DNA from: Bryobacterales bacterium
Lineage (GTDB): Bacteria; Acidobacteriota; Terriglobia; Bryobacterales; Bryobacteraceae
Direction of reading: 5' to 3'
NCBI GenBank assembly: GCA_963738375.1
Contig: CAVTWL010000010.1
Span: forward strand, 212,921 to 276,920
Length of the DNA: 64,000 nucleotides
The notes under the pieces were generated by a model. That model was not told the DNA's origin and did not search any database. It worked only from the letters and a program-made list of their open reading frames with translations. Shown here one piece after another: positions 10,806-19,116 of the stretch (its first letter is position 1; each line of letters opens with the position of its first letter). The position numbers and the translations under genes are program-made.

Positions 10806-12091
10806 TGCGATAGTGCCTTCATCGCGCTGCCCTTGGTCTGCGCACTCTTGTTGCTCCAGTGTCGGGATTCGCCAGCGCCACCAGTTGCCCTTCCTTCAGC
10901 CCCGTGATCACCACCTGGCTCTCGCTCCGCCGCACCAGTTTCACATCGTGCGGCGTGAACCCGCCCGGCGTCTGCAGCATAAACGAACGTGCGGCTGTCG
11001 CTCTCAAACAGCGCCTGCGAAGGCACCCACAACGAATTCGGCAGCGTCTCCGTGGTGATCACGATATTCGAGGTCATCCCCGGCCGCATCCCCGGCGACA
11101 AACTGGTCCAGCGCAATCTTGCTGTCGAAATGGCGGTCCCAAAACGCGCCCACCGTGCCGCCAATCTCCTTGATCGTGCCCGTTAAACATTTGTCCCGGC
11201 AGCGCCACAATCTGCCACCTCCACCTTCTGCCCCACCGACAAATGCCCGCGATCCAGCTCGCCGATGCTCGCGCGTCACTTCCCAATTCTTCAGATCCGG
11301 AATCTGCGCCACCGCCATGCCCGCGCTCACCGTATCGCCCACCTGCAAGCGCCGGCAGTAGCATCCCAGAACATGCATGTTGCCGTTCGTGTTCTGCATG
11401 ACGTTCACATACCCGCCGGCCTTGGCCTTCAGCACCATGTTCTCGATGTTCTGCCGCGCCGTTTCCGCCTTCACCTTCGCCTTGTTCCGCGCCGCTTCCT
11501 GAATCGCCACTGCCGCCTTCGACGTGGCTTGCCGGTTGGCCGCATCGTGTTCCAATTGCTGCAAGTGATCCTTCGCCGCTTCGAGCGCCAGCGTGTTCTC
11601 CCGCGCCACAATATCGGCCAGAATCGGATTCCGCCGCGCTTCCAGTTCCGCCGTCCGCACGTCCGTCTTGGCCTGCAACAGCGAATACCGCGTCTCTTCT
11701 TCCTTGGCCGCGTTGTCCGCCTGCGTCTGCATCACCTGCTGCTCCGCTTCCGCCAGGTCCGCTTCGGCTTCCTTCAGTTTGTACTCCTGCTCCGTGGTAT
11801 CGAACTTCACCACCACATCGCCCGCCTGCACCGCTTCACCCGCCTCGCGCAGAAAGGTGATGGCCATGTCTCCGCCCCCAGTCATGGGAGCCGACAGCAT
11901 CTCCGTATGCCCGCCCGATAGTTCCCCTTCGGCGTTCACCGTGATCGTGACATCGCCGCGCTTCACCGCCGTCACCGGCAGTTGCGACGTGGGCGCCGGC
12001 GTCACCGCCTTCATCAGCCGCAAACCGCCCCAGGCCGACAGCGCCAGAACGCCGCCGTCACGCCGCCGCCGATGGGCATCTTGCGCGTCAT
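10802..12091 (-). pseudogene. HlyD/MFP-family periplasmic adaptor (paralogue 3); several frame changes
   Basis: The start 'MTRKMPIGGG' at 12091 overlaps the stop of the upstream MFP gene. It has a coiled-coil 'KLKEAEADLAEAEQQVMQTQADNAAKEEE..' and the beta-barrel/MPD parts '..LWVPSQALFESDSRTFVYAADAG', 'HDVKLVRRSESQVVITGLKEGQLVALANPD' in different frames. Confidence 0.75.
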
Positions 12092-13318
12092 TTCTTCTCG
12101 TCCTTCTTCACTTCCACCAGCGTCACCATCGTCCCCGCCGCAATCCCTTTAATCGCCACCTCGTCCGGATTGCGCGCCAGCAACTCGACCTCTACCGGAC
12201 GATACGCGCCCTTCAACGCGACATAAACAATCGGCTTGCCGTCCCGCGTGAAAACCGCTTTCGCCGGAATGCTGATAGCGTTCGGGATGCGGTTGACGAT
12301 CACATCCATATTGCCGTTCATGGCCGGCCGCAGCCGGTTGTCCGGTTGCTGTATATGCCCGTAAGCGCGAAAATTGCTGGTGCGCGGCCACTCGAAGGAA
12401 GTCTCCGTCAACGGCGAGATCGCAGTCAGGTCCGCCGGCATGGTCAATTCGGGCAGCGAGTCGATGTGAACCCGAGTCTCTTGGCCGACATCGATCCGTC
12501 CGCGATCGATCTCTTCCACTTTGCCTTCCATCTCCAGCGTGCTCAAATCCGGAATCTCCGCCACCACCCCGCCCGGCCACACCTGGTCTCCCACTTTAAA
12601 TGGCTTCGCATTCATCCAGCCCTGCGAGTAGTTCTGCATGTACATCACGACGCCGCTCAGCGGCGCCTTCAACTCCATCTGCGCCAGCCGCTGGTTGGTG
12701 AGATCCACTTCCGCTCTGCGCCTGGTCGCGCTGCCGCGTCAACGACGCCATCTTGGCTTGATCGGACGTCGCGTGCAGTTCGACAGTGGCCTCCTGTACC
12801 TTCAGCTTCTGCTCCGACAGGCCCAGATCGATGCGGCTCTCTTCCCCTTGCAACGCGCTCACGATTTCGGCTTTGGACGCCTCCATCTTGGCCTTCTCCA
12901 CGTCATACTTGGCGCTGCTCAAATCGCGATGGTCCTGCTCGGCCGTGATGCGCGCATCCGCCGTGGCCTGATCCAAAGTGGCTTGCGCCTGCTTCAGCGC
13001 CGCCTCTTTCTCCTGCAACTGCTGCTGTGTGCTGCTCGGATCGAACCGCACCACCGGCTCGCCTTCCTTAACCGCGCTGCCCGCCGGCGCCTGCCACACG
13101 ATGCGCAGCGACGGCACATTCACCGGCGCCGTAATCTGCACCGACCGCCGCGCCTTCAACTCCCCGCGGCAGCGCACGATCACCGAAAAATCGCCCTGCC
13201 GCGCCGGCGCTGTCGGCAGCGTTCCGGCGGCTTCCACTTGCCTCAGCCGGTAGATGCCGAAGGCGGTTCCCGCCGCCGCCAGCAGTACAATGGGCACGAC
13301 GGTCCGCGCGCGCGGCAT
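12088..13318 (-). pseudogene. HlyD/MFP-family periplasmic adaptor (paralogue 2); one frame change near 12715
   Basis: ORF 12596..13318 covers the N-terminus, lipoyl and coiled-coil parts. ORF 12088..12708 ('APLSGVVMYMQNY..VGDQVWPGGVVAEIPDLS..') covers the C-terminal half. The two overlap in different frames. Confidence 0.8.
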
Positions 13319-14349
13319 TATGGCTCCAGCACCACCGCCGCCGAAAGATCCGGCAGCAAATGCGGATCGCTCCCTTCCAGCCGGAATCGCGCTGAAAATG
13401 TCTTAATCGGGCTGCCCAGTCCCGACGACGCCACCGGACTCGATGAAATCAGATGCGCCTGAAACACTAGATCCGGATAAGCATCCAACCGTACCGTCGC
13501 CTTCTGTCCCGGCCTCAGCGCCGCATCGTCCGGCTCACCCACCTGCGACCGCACTTCCATCTCCGTCGGATCGAACAACCGGATCAGCGACTGCCCCGGC
13601 CAGAGTTGATCGCCTTCCTGCGGCTTTCCCATGCTGCTGTTGCGCCACACATTTTCGAGCGCCGCCATGCCGTCCAAGGGCGCATGAATCTCCAATTTAT
13701 CGGCATTGCTCAGCGCGCGGTCCAGGCCGACTTTCTGCCGGTCCCGCTGCAATTCCAGAATCTTCACCGCCGCCGCATCCGCCTGGTCGTGAAACCCGCT
13801 CGACTTCTTCAGGCTGGCCACATGCTCCTTGGCCGCCTCCGCTTTGACCTCGTTCTTCAGCCGGTCGATCTCGCTCAGCAGCGGACCCTTGCGCAACTCC
13901 AGATTGGCTTTAGCCAAGTCCGCCTCCGCCGACTGCAGATCGCTGGCGCGCTTGGCCGCATCCGCGCGATTTTGCGCCTGCTTTTGCTCCACCTGGTGCG
14001 ATAAATCGTCGAACTTCGCCTTGGCGTCCCGCGCGTTGTCCACTTCCTGCGTCCGGTCGAACTCCGCCAGAATGTCGCCCTTCTTCACCCGGATGCCGTT
14101 GGCCACGATTTTGGTCAAAGTCACCCGCCCGCCTTGCCCCCCAAGCTGCGGCGTTTGCACCGTGAAAAAGTGGACCGCCTGTACCGTACCCGTCAGCCTC
14201 ACTTCATGCCGCGCGGGCTGCGCGCTCGCGGGCTTCGCATCCGCTCCCGCCGCATGTACCACCTGCACCATCGGCGCTGGACCGCGCCCGCACGACGCAC
14301 AAAAGGCGAATAGAACGCACCACAACGCTGCTTTTTCCGGCAATTCCAT
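13318..14349 (-). CDS. HlyD/MFP-family periplasmic adaptor (paralogue 1), intact
   Basis: 343-aa ORF with a signal/anchor, 'VKKGDILAEFD', a long coiled-coil and 'IHAPLDGMAALENVW'. Its stop overlaps the start of the next MFP gene. Confidence 0.85.
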   Translation of the reverse strand: MELPEKAALWCVLFAFCASCGRGPAPMVQVVHAAGADAKPASAQPARHEVRLTGTVQAVHFFTVQTPQLGGQGGRVTLTKIVANGIRVKKGDILAEFDRTQEVDNARDAKAKFDDLSHQVEQKQAQNRADAAKRASDLQSAEADLAKANLELRKGPLLSEIDRLKNEVKAEAAKEHVASLKKSSGFHDQADAAAVKILELQRDRQKVGLDRALSNADKLEIHAPLDGMAALENVWRNSSMGKPQEGDQLWPGQSLIRLFDPTEMEVRSQVGEPDDAALRPGQKATVRLDAYPDLVFQAHLISSSPVASSGLGSPIKTFSARFRLEGSDPHLLPDLSAAVVLEP

Positions 14350-14397
14350 AGCGCGGCCTTTCGTAAACTGGTTAGACGGCGCAACTAGCCAAAATGT

Positions 14398-15189
14398 TTA
14401 TAAACGGTTGAGCCCTTCGGTCAATTCGATATTCGTGCCCCAAGGATCCCGGAAAAAGGCGATCGCCAGCCCCAGCGCCGGAAGCTTCTTGTAAGGTAGA
14501 TCGAAAGTAACCCCGGCCGCCTGCAGCGCTTTGCAAAACGCCTCCAGGTCCTTCACTTCAAACCCGATATGATCGAGCGCCCGCCCCTTGGTGGGAGCCA
14601 CCGCCCCGGTGGCCTTCGAAAACGTCAGGTTCACCCCCGGCAGATCCGCCGCCTGGAACGGCCCTCGCGTACCAGGCTTGGCGCCAAATGTCTTCACGTA
14701 CCAGGCCTTGGTATCTTCCACCGAATCCGTATAAAAGTGAATATGGTGATTCGCGATTGGCGTCTCCATCGCGGGATCCTCGGTGATCTCGATCTTCACT
14801 TCTTCCGGCGAGATGACGAAAGCCTGGTGCGCGCTCGCGCCCGGAAGCACCTTCAACCCCGCTGCCTTCCACTTCTCCAGCGACCCATGCAGATCCTTCA
14901 CCCGAAATCCGATATGCCCCACCACGCTGCCTTCTGTGCCACCGGTCGGCTCCGCTTTCTGCACCAGCACCAGGACATCCGGGAACCTGATCAACTGCAT
15001 GTCGCCGAGTTTGGCCGGCGTGCCGCCGAGCGTGGTCCAGAAGGTACGCGCCGCCTCCGGATCGCGCACATTGAAGTGATAGTGCCCCATCGAAACGCCG
15101 GCGGCGTTCGGAGCCGGGATCTGTGACCAGCCGGTGGTGCTAACCAGCGCAAAAAAAAGGATGGCGGATGCCAGAGTTCGAATGTCCAT
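14398..15189 (-). CDS. secreted two-domain VOC (glyoxalase/bleomycin-resistance/dioxygenase) family protein
   Basis: 263 aa with a signal peptide and two VOC repeats ('GHYHFNVRD..', 'HIGFRVKDL', 'HHIHFYTDS', 'HIGFEVKDLEAF'). Confidence 0.8.
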   Translation of the reverse strand: MDIRTLASAILFFALVSTTGWSQIPAPNAAGVSMGHYHFNVRDPEAARTFWTTLGGTPAKLGDMQLIRFPDVLVLVQKAEPTGGTEGSVVGHIGFRVKDLHGSLEKWKAAGLKVLPGASAHQAFVISPEEVKIEITEDPAMETPIANHHIHFYTDSVEDTKAWYVKTFGAKPGTRGPFQAADLPGVNLTFSKATGAVAPTKGRALDHIGFEVKDLEAFCKALQAAGVTFDLPYKKLPALGLAIAFFRDPWGTNIELTEGLNRL

Positions 15190-15344
15190 TTAAGTCTATA
15201 GTGTGCCACTTTTGAAACCGCCCGGCACAAAAACATGGCTCACGGGGCGAATCCAACCACCCAGCCCGGCATGGGATACATCAGCCTGAGCGCAAGCATT
15301 TCCTGACTTACCAACCTCATGAGCGTCTCTTCATAATTTTCTTG

Positions 15345-15374
15345 TTGACACTTTCACAACATAAGAGCTATTTT
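15345..15374 (+). promoter_or_regulatory. sigma70-like promoter for the riboswitch leader
   Basis: TTGACA (15345-15350), 18 nt, TATTTT (15369-15374). It lies in an intergenic region whose upstream gene is on the other strand. Confidence 0.5.
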
Positions 15375-15404
15375 GGGATTGGTAGTTGTATTGCATGGAT
15401 CCTC

Positions 15405-15634
15405 GGTAGGCGAGGCGTCCGCGCGGCAAATAAGCCACTGCCCTAAAGCGTCCAAAGATGCTGGCAATCAGGGTAGACCAGGAATTCCCGGGTTAAGGGT
15501 TTTTCTAATGTGGCTGAGGTCTTCGGATCTCTCACGGCGCGCGGTGCTGAAGCTTGGACCCGTTGGGGAATCCGTCAGCGATCGCTTTTTGATGGTTGGC
15601 CATTTCTCAATTGGGGGAAATGGTCTTTTTTTTT
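15405..15634 (+). promoter_or_regulatory. M-box (ykoK-type) Mg2+ riboswitch including terminator expression platform
   Basis: Blocks match the Bacillus M-box as I remember it. 'GGUAGGCGAGGC' matches GUUAGGUGAGGC. 'CUGCCCUAAAGCGUCCAAAGAUGCUGG' matches CUGCCCAAAAAUGUCCAAAGACGCUAAUGG. 'UAAGGGUUUUUCUAAUGUGGCUG' matches AAGGUGAUUUUUAAUGCAGCUG. 'GGUGCUGAAGCU' matches AGUGCUAAAGCU. It also has a UUCG-tetraloop hairpin (15516-15531) and a P1-like GGAUCC/GGAAUCC closure. G+C is lower than in flanking genes. Needs a covariance-model check. Confidence 0.7.
15598..15634 (+). terminator. intrinsic terminator (riboswitch expression platform)
   Basis: Roughly 9-bp stem (GGCCAUUUC/GAAAUGGUC), 10-nt loop, then nine consecutive T (15626-15634). 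Confidence 0.8.
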
Positions 15635-15963
15635 CCCGCCAACTTCACTCGTCTCCAGAAAGGTATATGGAACCCAAAGACGATCGCCCTCCTAGTACGG
15701 ACGGGCAAATCGTGGAAGAGCCGATCTTGATCCGGTAGCGGTTTCCCCCCTATCGCCTCACCCGCGCTCCTTCCACTCTTGATTCGGTGGTGAACGCGGG
15801 GGCCGAGGCAGCAGTTTTCCTCTCCCTCCCAGTCAACGTTTTGTTCCGCTGATTCGCCGCGGTATTTTGCGTTCCGCTTTCGCCGGCGCGCATCCCGCTG
15901 GAGCATCGCGGCTACGTGTCCGTCCCGTTGCGGCGGCGCGAACCTGAGAAAGGAGGAGAGGCC

Positions 15964-17316
15964 ATGACCAACAAAACGCTGAGCATGTCCGCGGCGGTCG
16001 CCGCACCCGAAGCCGGCCTGATCCCCGCTCACGGCCGCGTCGTGAAATCCAAATGGATGCGCGACCTCCTCACCTTCCTCATGGTCTTCGGCCCCGGCCT
16101 GATCGTCATGGTCGCCGATAACGACGCCGGCGCCGTCTCCACTTACAGCCAGGCCGGCGCCCAATACGGCACGCACCTCCTGTGGATCGTTCTGCTCCTC
16201 CTGCCCGTCTGCTACTTCATCCAGGAGATGGTGGTCCGTCTCGGCATCGCCACTGGCAAAGGCCATGCCGCCATGATCTACCAGCGCTTCGGCAAGTGGT
16301 GGGGACTGTTTTCTCTCGTCGACCTCCAACTGGTCAACTTCCTGACCCTGGTCACCGAGTTCGCCGCCATCAACCTGGCCCTGACGAAAATGGGTGTCGA
16401 TCCCCGCTACGGCGTGCCCGTGGCAGCCGCCGCCCTTAGCCTGCTGGTCCTCAGCGGCAGCTACCGCCGTTGGGAGCGGACCGTGGTGCTGCTCTGCATG
16501 CTCGATTTCGCCTGGTTCTGGATCGCCTTCCGCCTCGGCCCGCCCGCCGCGCAGATTGTGAAGCACGCCGTCGTGCCCAACCTGCCGCCCGGCGGCATCA
16601 CCGCCGACCTGATGTTCCTGGTCATCGCCATCGTCGGCACCACCATCGCGCCCTGGCAGCTTTTCTTCCAGCAAAGCTGCATCGCCGATAAACGGCTGCG
16701 CTTCGCCGACCTGAAATGGGCGCGCCTGGATACGCTCCTGGGGGCTTGCGTCACCATCACCGCCGCCGTCTGCATGATGGTCGCGGGCGCCGCCTCCCAC
16801 GCCCACGGTTTTACCTTCACCGATCCGGCCCAAATGGCCATGAACATCGGGACTTTCGCGGGACCGGCCATGCGCAACGTCATCCTGCTGATGATGATCA
16901 ACGCCGCCGTGCTGGGCACCACCGCCATTTCGCTGTCGAGCGCCTGGGCCTACGGCGAAGTCCGCGGCTGGCCGCACAGCCTGCAGTTGCCTTGGCGCGA
17001 GGCCCGTGGATTCTACGCTTTGTACTTGCTCTGCGTGGGCGCGGCCGCCGCCATTGTGCTGATTCCGCGCGCGCCGCTGCAACTGATCATTCTCGGCGTG
17101 CAGGTGCTGGCGGGCGTGATTCTCCCCTCGGCCATCATCTTCTTGCAGCTCTTGCTCAACGATAAGGAGCTCCTGGGCGAGTTTGCCAACAAGCCCTGGA
17201 ATAACTGGGTGAACTGGACCATCATCGCCGTCCTGTTCATTTTGTCTTTGATCTTGGCGGCGCAGGTGGCCGCTCCCAATCTGTTCCCGTCGGGTCTACC
17301 CGGCTCGACCACGTAA
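15964..17316 (+). CDS. NRAMP-related transporter, probably Mg2+-transporting NRMT type rather than MntH
   Basis: ATG 15964 after GAAAGGAGGAGAGG. NRAMP fold throughout, but the canonical TM1 'DPGN' is 'DAGA' ('MVADNDAGAVSTYSQAGAQYG'). The TM6 'MPHN' is 'APWQ' ('GTTIAPWQLFFQQS'), so the soft-metal Met and the Asn are lost. It lies downstream of an M-box. Confidence 0.85.
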   Translation: MTNKTLSMSAAVAAPEAGLIPAHGRVVKSKWMRDLLTFLMVFGPGLIVMVADNDAGAVSTYSQAGAQYGTHLLWIVLLLLPVCYFIQEMVVRLGIATGKGHAAMIYQRFGKWWGLFSLVDLQLVNFLTLVTEFAAINLALTKMGVDPRYGVPVAAAALSLLVLSGSYRRWERTVVLLCMLDFAWFWIAFRLGPPAAQIVKHAVVPNLPPGGITADLMFLVIAIVGTTIAPWQLFFQQSCIADKRLRFADLKWARLDTLLGACVTITAAVCMMVAGAASHAHGFTFTDPAQMAMNIGTFAGPAMRNVILLMMINAAVLGTTAISLSSAWAYGEVRGWPHSLQLPWREARGFYALYLLCVGAAAAIVLIPRAPLQLIILGVQVLAGVILPSAIIFLQLLLNDKELLGEFANKPWNNWVNWTIIAVLFILSLILAAQVAAPNLFPSGLPGSTT

Positions 17317-17331
17317 ATGGAGGAAACGAAA

Positions 17332-17521
17332 ATGAAAAATCAACGACCAATTCGTAGTGGTTCATCCCCTGGACGACGTGCAGGAAACTAAGGTCGACAT
17401 GGAAGCCCTCGGCCCCATGCCCATGACCCGCAGCGTACGGCTCTCGCTACTGAGCCTGCGGGCCTATCTGATTTTGATGGTTTTGCTGGTTGTCTATCAC
17501 GTAGTCATGCTGGCTCGCTAA
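17332..17521 (+). pseudogene. small membrane protein, +1 indel in an A-run just after the start codon
   Basis: 'ATGAAAAATCAACGAC': with A4 instead of A5 the frame reads 'MKINDQFVVVHPLDDVQETKVDMEALGPMPMTRSVRLSLLSLRAYLILMVLLVVYHVVMLAR*' (C-terminal TM helix), stop 17519-17521. Length is 190 nt, not a multiple of 3. Confidence 0.35.
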
Positions 17522-17557
17522 ACTCTGTGCCACAACTACGGAAAGGAGGTCTAACCG

Positions 17558-17665
17558 ATGCGGACGAAAACCCAGGTCGTAGTACGCTGCGCGGGACGCT
17601 GGATCCAGAAGTTTCTGGACGTGCGCTTTCCCATCGACGTAGCTTGCGGGCGCCGCACCCAGTAG
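17558..17665 (+). CDS. 35-aa small ORF with strong Shine-Dalgarno
   Basis: GGAAAGGAGG lies 7 nt upstream of ATG 17558. The product is 'MRTKTQVVVRCAGRWIQKFLDVRFPIDVACGRRTQ*'. There is no homology evidence. Confidence 0.3.
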   Translation: MRTKTQVVVRCAGRWIQKFLDVRFPIDVACGRRTQ

Positions 17666-17795
17666 TGAGGCGTTCAAAGATTTTATGACAGAACCTTCCA
17701 GTAACACGGGCCAACCCGGCCCGGCCAACAGTTAGCAGGCCCCTCCCCGTTGCGACGGCCTGCGCGCTGCTGCCAGGCCGGTAAATCCCCTCTAG

Positions 17796-18947
17796 TTATG
17801 TTCCATGCTGCGTTAGCCGGATGGCAATCTTCTTCGGCGCGACGTTCTCCATTTCAATTCCCGGCGGCAGATTCAGATTCCCCGAATCCACCGGCAAGTT
17901 CAAAGTCCCCGGACGCGCCCCGCGCAGGTTGAAGCTGGCGAAGAGCCGGGTCAGGCTCACCGAATCCATCAGCCACGCGCTCCCTCGAACCTCCACTTCC
18001 AGCCGATCCACCGCCGCCGCTACATCCAATCCAGCCGGCACGCCCACAAACTGCACCGGCACGCTCACCGTCCGCACCGTCGTCCCGCTGGACAAGAACG
18101 ACGTGCTCCAGATCGCCGCCGCCACGCCGATCGCCGCCAGCTTCACCCGCACGTTCGAGAACACCCACCGCCGCAGCGTGCCCGTCACCGTCACCGGCGG
18201 CGTCGCGCACAGCTTTTCGAGCGTTTCCGCGAGCTTCCCTTCCTCGTCGAACCGCACCATCCGCCGCGATTCCATCAGCGTGACTTCGCCGCGCTCCTCC
18301 GATACCACCACCACCAGCGCGTCGCAGCGTTCCGAAAGGCCCATCGCCGCCCGGTGCCGCGTGCCGTACTCGCTCGGTACGCGCTCGCGCTCGGTCAAGG
18401 GCAGCACTGCCGCCGCCCGCACGATGCGGTCTCCGCGCACGATCACCGCCCCATCGTGTACCGGCGATGTCTTCTGAAAAATCGCTTCCAGAATCTCCGG
18501 CGAAACCGCAGCCTCCAGCACGATCCCGCCGCTCACCAGTTCCGTCACCGCATTCCGCCGCACAATCACCATCAGCGCGCCCACTGACCCTTTCGCCAGC
18601 CGGAACGCGGCCTGCGCCAGCGCAACGTAAGTCTCGCTCAGCCGCGAAGCTCCTTGCGACCGCCAGCTCAGCAAGCTATCCAGGCGCATGAAGAACCGCC
18701 GCAGCTCCGCCTGAAACACCAGCAGTAAAACCACAATCGCCAGAATCGCAGCGCCATCCAGCACCCAACTGGTCAGCGCCAGGTCGAAATGCCGCGCCAC
18801 CAGCGCCCCCGCATGCAGCCCCAGCACCACCAGCGCCACACGCAGCGCCCGCGCCTGTTGTGCCCAACGCAGCAGGACATAAAGCGCCGCCGTCAGCACC
18901 ACGAAATCGACGGCGTTCTGCCAGCGCACCAAAAGGTGAGGATTCAT
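17796..18947 (-). CDS. cdaA: diadenylate cyclase CdaA fused to a C-terminal YbbR (CdaR-like) domain
   Basis: 383 aa with 3 N-terminal TM helices. DAC domain motifs are 'VSPEILEAIFQKTSPVHDGAVIVRGDRI' and 'EYGTRHRAAMGLSE..DALVVVVSEERGEVTL'. A further TM segment ('VKLAAIGVAAAIW') follows, then a YbbR-like beta domain ('VSVPVQFVGVPAGL..VEVRGS..'). Confidence 0.8.
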   Translation of the reverse strand: MNPHLLVRWQNAVDFVVLTAALYVLLRWAQQARALRVALVVLGLHAGALVARHFDLALTSWVLDGAAILAIVVLLLVFQAELRRFFMRLDSLLSWRSQGASRLSETYVALAQAAFRLAKGSVGALMVIVRRNAVTELVSGGIVLEAAVSPEILEAIFQKTSPVHDGAVIVRGDRIVRAAAVLPLTERERVPSEYGTRHRAAMGLSERCDALVVVVSEERGEVTLMESRRMVRFDEEGKLAETLEKLCATPPVTVTGTLRRWVFSNVRVKLAAIGVAAAIWSTSFLSSGTTVRTVSVPVQFVGVPAGLDVAAAVDRLEVEVRGSAWLMDSVSLTRLFASFNLRGARPGTLNLPVDSGNLNLPPGIEMENVAPKKIAIRLTQHGT

Positions 18948-19116
18948 CGTCTAACTCCAGTGTCTGCCTAACCGTGCGCCACTACAAGGATGGTGAATCA
19001 TCGTACCGGAAAAACCCCCTGCGGCGTAACCTTTCGTACCGTTTAAGCCGTCTTTTCAAACGACCACCGCAAATGGCCGGCCGCTGCCTAACCGGCTGCG
19101 CCCGAAGCAAATCAAA

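Noticed and set aside
15405-15575. Cobalamin riboswitch, c-di-GMP-I riboswitch or independent sRNA (6S/SRP-like) as the identity of the structured element.
   Set aside because: 'GCCACUG' and 'GGCAAA' suggested these at first. However, the B12-box and GEMM core blocks are missing or out of order, and no SRP, RNase P or tmRNA signature sequences are present. The order and content of four blocks fit the M-box much better, and the downstream gene fits Mg2+ biology.
18948-19116. Cobalamin riboswitch upstream of the TonB-like OMP gene ('GCCACU' and 'GGUGAAUC' present).
   Set aside because: The two elements are in the wrong order for the cobalamin aptamer, and the rest of the consensus is absent.
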